This document shows, piece after piece, positions 13,207-26,027 of a DNA stretch of 64,000 nt; the stretch's first letter is position 1, and each line of letters starts with the position of its first letter. Below the pieces are notes generated by a model, which had not been told where the DNA came from, searched no databases, and saw only the letters and a list, made by a program, of their open reading frames with translations. Where the stretch lies: contig NC_043005.1 in the NCBI RefSeq assembly GCF_006345805.1, positions 100,502,001 through 100,566,000 on the forward strand, written 5' to 3'. Source of the stretch: Octopus sinensis (taxonomy: Eukaryota). A program made the position numbers and the translations under genes.

Positions 13207-13711
13207 AAATTTATTATTATTATTATTATTATCATTATTATAATTATTATTGTTAATATTATTATCATTATTATTATTTATTGTTGTTGTTGCTGTTGTT
13301 ATAACAACCTGACATTTGGTGGATTGATAAAGTTCAATCTCATTGTCAGTCATTTAATCAAAATCGAAGTAGTAGGAAATGACAACAGCCAGATGATTGA
13401 AGAGGATAAGATTAATGGTTTGTAAGTGATATCTGCCTCATAGGAAGGGGAGGATAATCCTCACAGCATGTATGAGTTGTCTGGTAGATTTCTACTGTTG
13501 GCATGTAATATATAGATGTAGAGGGCAACAGTGTGTTGAAGTAGTGTTGCATGAACGATTTCTGTGTGTACACAGAGTGTGATACATGGAGGGCATTACA
13601 TGAAGAGCCACATGTAGTGTGTTACATAGAGGACTACTTTGTGAAAATGGGGAGTTACATGGAGGATTGTAGTGCGTAGATGTGTGCTGCGTAGGGGATC
13701 AGAGTATCTTT

Positions 13712-14128
13712 TACTCTTTTTCTCTTTCACTTGTTTCAGTCATTTGACTGTGGCCATGCTGGAGTACCGCCTTTAGTCGAGCAAATTGACCCCAAGACTT
13801 ATTCTTTGTAAGCCTAGTACTTATTCTATCGGTCTCTTTTACCGAACCACTAAGTTATGGGGGACGTAAACACACCAGCATCGGTTGTCACAAGATGTTG
13901 AGGGGACAAAGACAGACACACAAACATACACACACACACACACACATATTTATATACATATATACGACGGGCTTCTTTCAGTTTCCATCTACCAAATTCA
14001 CTCACAAGACTTTGGTTTGCCCAAGGCTATAGTAGAAGACACTTACCCAAGGTGCAACACAGTGGGACTGAACCCAGAACTATGTGGTTGGTAAGCAAGC
14101 TACTTACCACACAGCTACTCCTACGCCT
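13712..14128 (-). mobile_element. SINE family B
   Basis: Full-length match to the other B copies, with internal (CA)n/(TA)n. Confidence 0.88.
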
Positions 14129-14164
14129 ATGTAGATGTTTGTTAAATAGAGGGCCAAAGAGAAA

Positions 14165-14375
14165 AGACTATCTGGCTTGGTCATTTGATGAGGACAGTTG
14201 CATACTGAAGTGTCGATCACTTAAAGTGGATGAAACCTGAGGAAGAGAGAGACCCAGGAAGACATGGGATGAAATATTGAAAACTGGTCTCAAGACACTG
14301 AGCCTCACAAAGGAGCTGACAAAGGACCAAGATATTTGGCACCTTGCTGTACCCAAGAAGACCCACCCATCATAA
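14165..14375 (+). mobile_element. RTE-clade LINE 3' end relic
   Basis: Translates with one stop to DEDSCILKCRSLKVDET*GRERPRKTWDEILKTGLKTLSLTKELTKDQDIW, the RTE C-terminal RGRP.KTW...D...W pattern. Confidence 0.7.
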
Positions 14376-14849
14376 CAGATTTGATATCCTAAAACTACAC
14401 TGGAAATACATGTCCTTGAGGTGGATCTACCCCATTAACCTTCTTCCCTCCCACCCGCATTTCCTTTCCTAATACCCACCACTTCTCTTTATCACCTGAG
14501 AGCAGAATAGGCACATACTACACCTCACTATCGCCACCTGGTCCATGTGGCTTAATTGTATTCATTTATATATGTTTCATTGAGTTGTTGCTGCTGTATG
14601 AATGAGAGACGGGTAGAGGTGGGCGAGGTTGGGATGACTGAAAAAGGGTGCAAGAGGGAAGGAAGGTGGTTTCAACAATGAGTTAGGAGTGAAAGAAGTA
14701 ATAATGGCCAGGTATGGGAGCATAGAGAGGAAGAGTCCCAAAATAACCTGACTTTACTATTCACAGCTGTCAGCAGATTAAATCTGGATAACAAATATTG
14801 GTGAAGTATAGAAATGTAATTACATTGAATATTGAGAGGAATGAGAGGG

Positions 14850-15420
14850 TGGTGGTGGTGGTGGTGGTGGAGGGGGGGTAGGGCTGGTAGAGAGCAGTGT
14901 GGTTGAAAATGGACAATAGCAAGGTAGCAGGGTTTTATACAAGTGGACAATTACTGGAACAACAACAACAACAACAATGTAATATTGAGAAAAAAAAATG
15001 AAAGAAAAAAAAGGAAGACAAAAAGACAAAAATGAGAGAAGTGGTGGTGGTGGTGGTGGTGGTGATGGTAGTGGTGGTTGAGAACAGATCTCTTAAATGC
15101 ATTAATAAAATAACGATGGCCACAGTGATGATGATGATGATGACAATGATGATGATGACAATGATGATGATGATGATGATGATGATGGTAAAGTTGATGG
15201 AACAATGAAGATGATGGGATGGACATAAAGCAAAACTCCATTAACACCAAACTTGTTCTCAAAACCTACCGAAACAACAACAACAACAATAACAACAACA
15301 ACTATACAAATAACCAAAGCAAAGCACAACAGCAGCAACACCACCAACACTGTCGCCACCACAGCTGCCACCACCACCACCACTATTAACACCCAAACAA
15401 CAACAAAGCCGTCACACTCC
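14850..15420. repeat. Compound trinucleotide low-complexity block (GGT, ACA, GAT, CCA)
   Basis: Directly visible alternating triplet tracts. Confidence 0.85.
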
Positions 15421-16119
15421 AAGAAGAGAGAATGGAATCCCTAATAGCCATAGAATATATGCAATATTACAGAAGGTATTTACAGGCAAGATGCCAAGAT
15501 AAGAGAATGGTTTTGGTTGTATACTTTCAATGGAATCTCCCTTGCCAATCTACAGCAGCAGCCATTGTCAACAGTTTTCCCCACAAATATTTTTATACTT
15601 AATGTTTTTCTGTGGCTTTTTCAGATTTTCTCATCAAGAATTAAAATTTATAAACAAGATTATTTGAATAAAAAAAACACAAACAAAATACCTGGAAGTA
15701 AGTGTGTGTACATATGTGTGTGTGTGTGTGCTGGTGTGTGTGCGTGCATGAGTGTGCGTGTACATGTGTGTGTATGTGTGTACATGTGTGTGTGTGTGTG
15801 TAAGATAATCTACATATGTTTCTGATAATTTTAATACCTCTATCTCTTCTTTTTTTTACTCTCGCTCACTCTCTCAACCTTTCCCTTTCTCTCTCTTTCA
15901 TTCATACATTTTCTCACACCATCATCATCATCATCATCATACCACCATTACCACCACCACCACCACCACCACACAACAACAACAACTGAACTACAATCAC
16001 TAGCAATGGGTGATTGTTTTCCCCTGCTCGCATATGTATAAAGAGATGTATATTCATGTATACAATGTATATATGTATACACAATTATCTGCATAAATGT
16101 ATTTTTTGTGTGTATATAT

Positions 16120-16163
16120 ATAATATTTGAATTATATATATATATATATATATAATATTTGAG

Positions 16164-16209
<46 letters not shown>

Positions 16210-16225
16210 TGAGTTATATATAAAT
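16120..16225. repeat. ataatatttga(a/g)tt + (TA)n minisatellite, 3 units
   Basis: Motif repeated three times with variable TA tract length. Confidence 0.8.
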
Positions 16226-16587
16226 TTGAATAAGAAGCAGCTTTAATAACATAAACATTATTGATGTCACATACTTAATGTATGTGTTCTGTTCAAACGC
16301 TTTTAGGAAAAGCCACATAAGGCATATAGTGTTAAAAAACACTGTATTCCTTGAAACCAGATTTCATGCTATCTGGATATATCTCAGTCCAGCAATCTGA
16401 ATTTGTTTCAAGGGTGAATTGAGTATATGGTATCGATGAGCTGAGATAACAGTCAAATATCAATACCTGCCATCCCTGGCAACCCCCAAATAAGTGAATT
16501 ACAAAAGATTGTATTTATAGGCATGGCACATATTCTACAGAAATTTCTCTCCTTGTAAATGTATCCTTACAAACTCTGTTCCTGTCA

Positions 16588-16730
16588 GCATATTTAGATA
16601 CAAAGCCTTGTTGTCCCCTAACAATTTTGGTTGCATCTCACCTGGTAGCATCTTTAGATACAAAACCTTCTTGTCCCTTGACACATTTGGTTGGGACTCA
16701 GGTGCAACTCTTAAGATAAAACAAAGTAAA
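16588..16730. repeat. Diverged ~60-bp tandem repeat (about 2.3 units)
   Basis: agcat(a/c)tttagatacaaa.cctt.ttgtccc...tttggttg occurs twice, followed by a partial third unit. Confidence 0.65.
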
Positions 16731-16734
16731 AACA

Positions 16735-16955
16735 TAATCCTTTCTACTGGAGGCACAGGGCCTCATATTTGTGGGGTGGTGACTAGTCAATTATATCGAC
16801 CCCAGGGTTTCACGGGTGCGTAATTTATCGACCCTGGAAGGATGAAAGGCAAAGTCAACCTTGGTGGAATTTGAACTTAGAACGTAACGACGGGCAAAAC
16901 ACTGTTATTCATTTTGTCAAGTGTGCTAATGATTCTGCCAGCAGTGAGCTGGCAG
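16735..16955 (-). mobile_element. SINE family A, tail type 2, with a short 5' fold-back
   Basis: ttctgccagc-agtga-gctggcagaa at 16931-16955; gtaaaaaca at 16726-16734 and 16966-16974 is a candidate TSD. Confidence 0.75.
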
Positions 16956-17044
16956 AATTATCGTTGTGTAAAAACAAAATGATAATAATTTATTTCATTG
17001 TTTTAAGGAAAAGTTGAAAATGTGATGCTCTAAGTCACAGGATG

Positions 17045-17370
17045 TGAAGGCACATGGCTTAGTGGTTAAGGTATTTGGCTCATAATCGCAAAGTTGTGAG
17101 TTCAATTCCGAGTGATGCATTGTGTCCTTGAGCAAGACACTTTATTTCCCGTTGCTCCAGTCCACTCAGCTAACAAAAATGAGTAGCACATATATTTTGA
17201 AGGGCCAGCCTTGTCACACCCTGTGTCATGCTGAATCTCCTTAAGAACTACATTAGGGGGTCACATGTCTCTGGAATGCTCAGCCTCTAGCATGTTAATT
17301 TCACAAGCCGGCTGTTCTGTTGATTGCATCAACTGGAACCCTTGTCATTATAACCGATGGAGTGCCAGGT
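17045..17370 (+). mobile_element. Family-C-headed SINE with an alternative 3' module
   Basis: tggcttagtgg A box, gagttcaattcc B box, ccttgagcaagacacttt...cactcagct box; 3' half differs from 20147. Confidence 0.75.
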
Positions 17371-17599
17371 AAGCTATAGGATCATGACCAGCGACACCAA
17401 GAATTGTTCTGAATATGACTTCTTTACTCTTAAGCTAAAAGCGGGAAATCGGGTGTTTATTGCTTGAAGCTCTAGATCAGATTCTGAAGAATTGATTCTA
17501 TTAAAAATACTTACTAAGGACAAAGGGACATGGCTGTTGATATAGTTAATAACTGAGATAAAGTGGTCCATAACAATAAAGTTGAAGACTAATTTTTTA

Positions 17600-17880
17600 A
17601 TTCCAGAGAATTATGGTCTGAAAAATGAAGCTGAAAAGTTGAGCAAACATCAAAACTAGAAAACAGAAATTGAAAAACTGTGAAATACAAAAATTAAAAT
17701 ATTGCATGTTGTCACCAGAGTTCTTGGTACATGGGGAAAAAAGCATGCACTGACATTTTCAGTATATTCCTGTCAAACCCATGTAGACATAGAAATTTGA
17801 GCTCTAAAGAACTGCTGAGATCCTGAGAAAGTTCCGGACACTAAGTATAGCTTTCTAAGTAAAGGTCTCTTGTTGAGATG
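17600..17880 (+). pseudogene. Decayed C-terminus of a restriction-like-endonuclease LINE (R4/Dong-like)
   Basis: IPENYGLKNEAEKLSKHQN*KTEIEKL*NTKIKILHVVTRVLGT, later TAEILRK after a frameshift; resembles the KE.EKL.KY..L..EI...W......PVV.G.LG and GTA.ILRK motifs. Judged by eye. Confidence 0.6.
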
Positions 17881-18149
17881 AAGTTTCTTTGTAACAACTA
17901 GTTTAATCCATTTGTAATTACATTTCTGATGAATCATCCTGTAGGAATATATTTTTAAAATAATTTATGATGCAAAGAATTTAGTATACCAAATAGCTTT
18001 GTCATTTTTATACTGGTGTATGAAACTTGAGAATGCTATTGCATAAAATTATGAAGGAAACTTTGAATATTTTTCAAAATTCAAGGTTTTTGTATTATAA
18101 TATAATTCCTGTCAATAATTTTCACAATCACAGGGACAAGCTCAAGTGA

Positions 18150-18720
18150 GACCATAACCTTGTGACCTATGCCAGGGGTGTAACCAGCCCACTTATGCAT
18201 ACCTTTCCTTCATTGGACACTGAACTCTGCTTGCGAAGGCCTGTTGAGGCAAGTGAAATCAAAATCAAATTCGATGACTGGCATCCGTGCCAGTGGAGCA
18301 CTAAGAGCACCATCTGAGTACGATTGTTGCCAGAGCAACAAGCTGGCCTCTATGCTGATGGCACATAAAAAGCACCATTTGAGCATGCGCATTACCTGCA
18401 TTGCCTTACTGGCATTTGTGCTGGTGGCATGTGAAAAAACATTCGAGCAAGGTCGTTGCCAGTGCCACTGGACTGGGTCCTGTGCAGGTGACACATAAAA
18501 AGCACCATTTGAGTGTGGCTGCTGCCAGTACTGCTTGACTGGCCCTCGTGCTGGTGGCACATAAAAGCACCCACTACATTCTTGGAGTGGTTGGCGTTAG
18601 GAAGGGCATCCAGCTGTAGAAACTCTGCCAGATCAAATTGGAGTCTGGTGCAGCCATCTTGTTTGCCAGTCCTCAGTCAAATCGTCCAACCCATGCTAGC
18701 ATGGAAAGCAGATGTTAAAT
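18150..18720 (+). mobile_element. Family D retroposon, long copy with five 64-66-bp internal repeats
   Basis: Repeat starts at 18287, 18352, 18418, 18482 and 18548; conserved 3' module. Confidence 0.85.
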
Positions 18721-18812
18721 GTCAACTTGTAAGGGCTGGTTTCTTGGATTCTATGGCATATAAATTCCCCACCGGGATGGGATGCCTGTCTGTTGTAGGA
18801 TTATTTATTTCT

Positions 18813-19046
18813 TATTTCTTTATTGCCCAGAAGGGGCTAAACATTGAGGGTACAAACAAGGACAGACAAAGATATTAAGTCGATTACATCGACCCCAGTG
18901 TGTAACTGGAACTTATTTAATTGACACCGAAAGGATGAAAGGCAAAATCGACCTCGTCAGAATTTGAACTCAGAATGTAGTGGCAGACAAAATACCGCTA
19001 AGCATTTCACCTGGCGTGCTAACGTTTCTGACAGATCACCGCCTTA
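18813..19046 (-). mobile_element. SINE family A monomer, tail type 1
   Basis: 13-bp TSD attatttatttct at 18800-18812 and 19047-19059. Confidence 0.9.
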
Positions 19047-19247
19047 ATTATTTATTTCTGGATTCTTCATTTCTGTTAGAAAGTGATGTGAAATGAAGTG
19101 TTTTGTTCAAGAAGACAAAGCATTGCCCAGTCCAGGAATTGAAACCACTGTCTTATGATAATGAGTCCAACACCCTAACCACTAAGCCACGTGCCTCCAC
19201 TAATTGTCAAGGTAATGGTATTTGGTTCACTACTCTTTTTACTCTTA

Positions 19248-19461
19248 ATCTCTTTTACTTGTTTCAGTCATTTGACTATGGCCATACTGGAGCACCATCT
19301 TTAGTCGAGCAAATTGACCCCAGGACTTATTCTTTGTAAGCCTAATACTTATTCTATCGGTGTCTTTTGCCAAACCGCTAAGTTACGGGTATGTAAACAC
19401 ACCAGCATCGGTTGTCAAGCAATGTTGGGGAGACAAACACAGACACACAAACATATACACA

Positions 19462-19520
<59 letters not shown>

Positions 19521-19680
19521 ACGATGGGCTTCTTTCAGTTTCTGTCTACCAAATCGACTCACAAGGCTTTGGTCGGCCCAAGGCTATAGTAGAAGACACT
19601 TGCCCAAGTTGCCATGAAGTGAGACTGAACCCGGAACCATGTGGTTTGTAAACAAGCTACTTACCACACAGCCACTCCTA
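19248..19680 (-). mobile_element. SINE family B
   Basis: Full-length copy with internal (CATA)n/(TA)n. Confidence 0.88.
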
Positions 19681-20146
19681 CTTCCCTTTATCATTACAGC
19701 ATGGCCAAATGATTGAAAAATTTGCTTTGCAACCACTAGGTCCAGGTTTTGATTCCTCCTGGTGGCAACGTGGGTAAATGACTAGCCTAGGGTTAACCAA
19801 GCTTTGAGTGAATCCAAGTTGTTGGAAACTGTGTGGAAGCCCAGTGAATGCAGTGCACATGTCATTTAAAGGTAAAAGTGGTGAGCTGGCAGAACCATTG
19901 GTACACTGGGCAAATGCCTTGTGGTATGTTGTCCATCTTTATGTTTTGCATCCAAACTCCACCAAGGTCAGCTTTGTCTGTCATTGTCTACGGGGCAATA
20001 AAATAAGTATCAGTTGAGCGTTGGGGGGTCATGTAATCCACCACACCCATACCCCCCATTTTTCAGCCTTGTGTCTATAGTAAAAAGAATTTAAAAGTCC
20101 AGCCTTGTCACACTATCTCACAGATTTTACCTGGGTACACATTATG

Positions 20147-20488
20147 AAGGTGCATGGCTCAGTGGTTAGAGTGTCGAACTCATGATCGTGAGGTTGTGAG
20201 CTCGAATCCTGGACCAGGCTGTGTGTTGTGTTCTTGAGCAAGACACTTTATTTCACGTTACTCCAGTTCACTCAGCTGTAGAAATGAGTTGCGATGTCAC
20301 AGGTGCCAAGCTGTATCGGCCCCTTTGCCTTTCCTTTGGATAACACTGGTGGTGTGGAGAGGGGAGGCCAGTATGCATGGGCGACTGCTGGTCTTCCATA
20401 AAAAACAGCCTTGCCCAGACATGTGCCTGGGAGGGTTATTTTCTAGGTGCAATCCCATGGTCTGTGTCGTGACCGAAGGGGGTGTCAT
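20147..20488 (+). mobile_element. SINE family C, full length
   Basis: A box tggctcagtgg, B box-like gctcgaatcc; 11-bp TSD tacacattatg at 20136-20146 and 20489-20499. Confidence 0.9.
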
Positions 20489-21055
20489 TACACATTATGG
20501 GTACAAAAGTCTGTGGAATACTCAGTCACTTTCATGTTTATTCAATTAGTAGATACAGTTCAGTCGATCAAATAACTGAATAGTCATCATTAAAACTGAT
20601 AGAAATCCTTCACTTTACATAATATCTGTAATTTATCACTTCAATCTTTTTCAGAGAGAAGGTGTTATTTGAAATTCTACAACTGCCATATTATATATAA
20701 TTTAATTTACTGATATAAATATTATTCTACCTGTTGTATAATTACTTTATTAACTGATATTATTATTTCAACAATTACAGCTTTTTACACTTTTATTGCC
20801 ACCTGTCATAACAACAGTGATAATAAAATTAAAGTTGTAACTGATATGATATAAGTATTTCACCATGGTATTGACTATTTCAGTATTATTGATATCACAT
20901 GACTACCTCACCTTGATATTATATGACTACCTCACTACCATTACTATCTCGATACCTTTTTGACTTATCAAGAGTTACTAAAAGTTGTAAAACACAGAAC
21001 TAAATGTTTAGTTCAGGGTTCAACTTTACTTTTCATATCTCTGCAGGGACAATAC

Positions 21056-21293
21056 CTATTTCTTTATTACCCACAAGGGGCTAAACATAGAGGAAACAAA
21101 CAAGGACAGACATAGGTACTAAGTTGATTATATTGACCCCAGTGCGTAACTGGTACTTATTTAATCGACCCCAAAAGGATGAAAGGCAAAGTCGACCTCG
21201 GCGGAATTTGAACTCAGAACGTATCGGCAGACGAAATACTGCTACGCATTTCGCCCAGCGTACTAACGTTTCTGCCAGCTCGCTGCCCTATTA
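21056..21293 (-). mobile_element. SINE family A monomer, tail type 1
   Basis: TSD cag(g/a)gacaatac at 21044-21055 and 21294-21305. Confidence 0.9.
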
Positions 21294-21343
21294 CAGAGAC
21301 AATACAATAGAGTGAGTAATTTGAAAGTCTTATTAGTATTTAA

Positions 21344-21564
21344 CCCTTTCGTTACCAACCTGGCTGAAACTGGCTCTGGCTCTGTAGTACAAATGTCTTG
21401 TTATTATAAATTTTGAATTAAAATCTTCCACCAAACCTTAGTCACAATTTATGTTCCTAACATAGCTTAATGATAACAAAGTTATTTTACTAAATTGTTT
21501 GTTATATCTAAAATAATTGAAGGAAACACAGAGCATCTCAAAATAAATATGGTAATGAAAGGGT
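21344..21564. mobile_element. piggyBac-like MITE, 221 bp
   Basis: TTAA on both sides; TIRs ccctttcgttacc / ggtaatgaaaggg (13 bp, 1 mismatch). Confidence 0.85.
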
Positions 21565-22179
21565 TAAACGAATTATCAACTTTACTCTATATGCTTTAAA
21601 TTTTTCATATTCTTACCTGCAGATTACTGATATATTTCTACATTTGTGGAGTACATGTGAGAGCAAATGACCTGACAGAATCATTAACACAGCTTGAAAA
21701 AATGCCTTCTGGTTTTTACATTCTGGTTTTAGATTCTGCTTTGCCTTTCCTCCCAACATAAATCAGCTTTGCTTTTCATCCCACCAAAAATTTAAAATAA
21801 TTATACAAGGATCCAATGTCCTTTCCAAGCCAGAGTCTCACAAAGCCAGTTTCCCAGATTCTGTGGTGTATGTATTCTCCTACTCATTTTTACCGGCTGA
21901 GTAGATTGGGGCAACATGAAATAAAGTGTTTTGCTCAAAAATATAATGCATCACCTGATCCAGGGATTGAAACCACAATGTTGTGATCATGTTGTGATCA
22001 ATGTTGTGATCATCACCCTAACCACTAAGCTATGCACTTCCACTTCCATTCCACCAGGGTTGATAAAATAAAGCATCAGTCAAATATTGTGGTTCATGGT
22101 ATCAACCAATTTCCTCCCCTCAAAATAGTTGGCCTTGTGCCTCAATGAGAAATCATTATTATTATTATTATCATTATCA

Positions 22180-22400
22180 AAGTGGCAAGATGGCTGAATG
22201 GTTAGCATGCTAGGCAAAATTCTTAGTGGCATTTTGTACAACTTTACATTCTGAGTTCAAACTCTGCTGAGGTCGACTTTGCCTTTCATTCTTTCAGGGT
22301 CAATAAAATAAGTACCAGTTCAGCACTGGGGTTGATGTAACTAACTTAGCCCCTCTCCTGAAACTGCAGATCTTGTGCCAAAATTTGAAACCAATATTAT
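22180..22400 (+). mobile_element. SINE family A, tail type 2, embedded in (ATT)n
   Basis: (att)n before the head and after the tail ttgtgccaaaatttgaaaccaat. Confidence 0.8.
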
Positions 22401-22677
22401 TATTATTATTATTGTTGTTGTTGTTGTTACTTTGTTATTTAACATATGAAGAAAAACATTTCATTTTGCTTTGCTTATTTTTTGATATATTTAAATTCTC
22501 TTAAACTCATTACTCGCTTAGAAAAGAAAGTCTGCAGTGCCATCTGAAATATATTGTGTAACCAATGACATTGAGACAGAATTCATATGGCTAGAGGAGA
22601 AAATATAAGAAAATATAGCGAAGAAACATAATTTTATTATCGTGATTAATATTATTTCTATTTTTATTATCATTATA

Positions 22678-22718
<41 letters not shown>

Positions 22719-23077
22719 TAATAATAATAATGATGGTGTAGTAATAATAATCATATTGAGAACAACACTTTCATGATCATCTGATTAAAGAAGAAAGGAA
22801 ATTGTCAACACAGACAGAAAACAAATCTTTTACACAGGAAAATATTAAATATTTCAAGTTATTTAATCTTTGCTCTTTTTATTTTTCCTTCATTTCATTA
22901 GAAGCGTGTTATTCAATTAAATTATAGACTGCTTAACTGGAAAATAACATATGTCTATTTTATTTATGTCCAAAAAAGGGTGAATCAAAGACAAAACACT
23001 TAAATTAAATAATCTTCTTATTCTACATACATATTGACACACAGTCATATATACCCACACAACTATTATATATATAT

Positions 23078-23114
<37 letters not shown>

Positions 23115-23994
23115 CTGTATGTGTGTGTGTGTGTGTATACATAAAAACTTAGGGGGAGAGAGAGAAAGAAAGAGAGAGACAATGAAAGAATTCAATTAAT
23201 GAATGCATTTTTTTCCCTCCTCCTTTCATTTCCCCCGTTCAATGTGAACGAAGCACTTTACAAATAAACTCAGCTTTTTAAACTCTAAAAAAATTAAAAG
23301 CAAACTGGACTTTATATAAAACAAATGAACATTGATTTATCCGTTCTTCTTCTTTAAATAAAACACTTGTTTCCTGTTCATTAAATTTTATTGCAGTTTT
23401 TAGCCAAGACTGAGCAAATAACATTGAAACAAGACTTTCTCAATATTTGATGAGGTAAACATGGCAAGTTTATCAATATTGTAATGCAGATCATAAAACT
23501 TGTTAGTGCTTCATAGAAATTGCCAGCAATATTTTTAACCTCTTCCTCACTGAATGTGTGCACTACAAATATAATTGGTTGCATATCAGAGTTTCTTGGA
23601 TTGGATTTGTTAAGAAAGAAGGGTTAAAGAGTGGCTTTATATAATCTTAGCTTCCTAAACCAACACATAAAAAATATAACATGAAAGAAATGCAATGTAA
23701 ATTAGATCTTCAAAATCAACAGAACTGTTTTCACTTCTAATCAAAAGTTAATCACTTCTTCCTGTTTTGGTGTTAAATATTCTAGACTGCAGATCATAAT
23801 GTATAATGCTGAAAAATCAATGGAAGGTTCTCGTCTGAAGAGGTTTGATGGAATACACAGTAGTGGTGTTTACGCATGCATTCTGATGATTCTCTTAAAA
23901 GTAGGCCAGGCATCTAAGCTAAATAAGTAATCATGGTGATGGTGGTAGTAGTAGTAGTAGTTGTAGTGATATTTTTTTATGTCTCAAATAATAA

Positions 23995-24445
23995 GGATTT
24001 CAAATTTTACCACAAGGGCAGCAGTTTGGGGGGGGGGGATGAGTCAATTACATCGACCCAGTGTGTAACTGGTACTTATTTTATCGAACCTGAAAGGAAG
24101 GCAAAGTCAACTTCAGCGGAATTTGAACTCAGAACATAGCAATGGACAAAATATCTTTATTCTTTATTACCCACAAGGGGCCAAACAAAGAGGGGACAAA
24201 CAAGGACAGACAAGTGGATTAAGTCAATTAGATTGACCCCAGTGCCTAACTGGTACTTAATTTATCGGCCCCGAAAGGATGAGAGGCAAAGTCGACCTCG
24301 GCGGAATTTGAACTTAGAATGTAACGGCAAACAAAATACGGCTACGCATTTCACCAGGTGTGCTAACGGTTCTGCCAGCTTGCTGCAATGGATGAAATAT
24401 CGCTAAGCATTTCACCTGGCAATGATTCTGCTAGATTGATGCCTT
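23995..24445 (-). mobile_element. Older family-A copy interrupted by a full-length tail-type-1 family-A copy (24156-24384)
   Basis: 17-bp TSD gcaatgga(ca/tg)aaatatc at 24139-24155 and 24385-24401; host head resumes as gctaagcatttc. Confidence 0.85.
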
Positions 24446-25176
24446 ATAATAATATTGATTTCTAATACTGCCACAAGTAACATAATTACAGCCAGATGCC
24501 CTTTCTATAGACAATCTCTCTACTCCCTGGTCTGATAACATTTTATCAGATCACCAGTACTACAGGATCAAAGTGTCCCCCACTATATATTTACTGGAAG
24601 GGTACAGCTCAGGAATGGTACATTCTTTATTCAATCTGAAATGAAAACCAAAGCTAGTATGATGACTACTGAGATGCTTCACATCCTAATTTTCTCAGTT
24701 TGCAAATTACTGAAGCTGAGCTCTTCTATCAAGTTTTTAAGAACTAAAACAAAACTGACAGATTTTATAACTGTCACAACAGTTAAAATCTGCTTGTTTG
24801 CTCTAAAATGATTTCACAGAAATTGGAAATAAATAAGATATCCTAAAAAAAAAACAAGAATTAATGGAACAAAATGAGGTTATTCTATATCAGGACTATC
24901 ACAGCAATAATATCAAATATTACTGGATGATCAACAAAGAGTCACCCACCATTACATTATAACCACTGATTCAGAGATTTTCTGTCTTTTCCCTATCAAT
25001 TCTACCACAACTACAACATTCTCTGCTTCCAGTGACTTCATACTACCTTCATCCCTAATCAACTGGATGCTCCACTGGATATTTTGCCTTCATATCCACA
25101 ATGTCATATTATGCTAAATCACTCTAAAAATCTCTGACTTTTCGATTTTGTCTGTTGATCTAAATTACAGGAAATT

Positions 25177-25388
25177 TTTCTACTCTAGGCACAAGGTCTG
25201 AAATTTTGGGGGATGGGGCCAGTCAATTAGACCGACCCCAGTAAGCAACTGGTACTTGATTTATTGACCCCAAAGGGATGAAAGGCAAAGTCAACCTTGG
25301 CAGAATTTGAACTCAGAATGTAAAGGCAGACAAAATACTGCTAAACATTTTGCCCAGTGTGCTAATGTTTCTGCCAGCTCGCCGCCTT
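25177..25388 (-). mobile_element. SINE family A monomer, tail type 2
   Basis: Perfect 16-bp TSD taaattacaggaaatt at 25161-25176 and 25389-25404. Confidence 0.92.
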
Positions 25389-25886
25389 TAAATTACAGGA
25401 AATTGAGAAAACATTAGCTAATCCTTCTTCAATGGATTTCTGCCACCCACTAAAATTCCATCTCTATCCCTTTTTTTTTTTTTGGTTTTGCTCCACAGTT
25501 ATCAACTTAAGCATCAACTTATACTGACCAGTGTGGGAAAAACCAATAAAATTCATGCATGAATAGGAAAACAATTTATAAAAACGAAAATCCTTATTTA
25601 CTCTTATATATGTGTAGCAACAGGAGACAGTGATATTAGGAATACTTAAATGCTCCCCTAGCATCACACACATCAAGATTTTTCTAATTCCAGACATGCC
25701 ATGGAAACTAAAATCTTCATATACTGAAGTATTTATGTTTAAATAACCTTGTGTCTTGAAAATATACTTTTGGAAGACAGAGGTTTCATCTTCCATACTG
25801 GGCTCACAACAGAGAATCAGTAATGAGTATTAAACTTACACCGTTATACAAGTTAGTTTACCAAATGGTGAACAAATAGACATAAT

Positions 25887-26027
25887 CCCTTTAACATCTA
25901 ATCCAACTATATTCGGCTCAAATATTCTGACCAGATCCAACCTCTCACACCTACCCTACAAGGTAATGCATGATTAATTCAAAACAATGTGAATACATTT
26001 AAAAATGAAATTTGGATGCTTAAAGGG
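25887..26027. mobile_element. Internally deleted piggyBac-like MITE
   Basis: Ends ccctttaacatc / gatgcttaaaggg; internal blocks shared with 4571-4766. Confidence 0.6.

Noticed and set aside
18287-18580. CRISPR-like repeat-spacer array
   Set aside because: Eukaryotic context, degenerate repeats, spacers related to each other, dispersed within a retroposon, and no cas genes.
25464-25796. 110-aa minus-strand ORF in non-repetitive sequence
   Set aside because: Composition is not protein-like, there are no motifs, and it runs into a poly-A tract.
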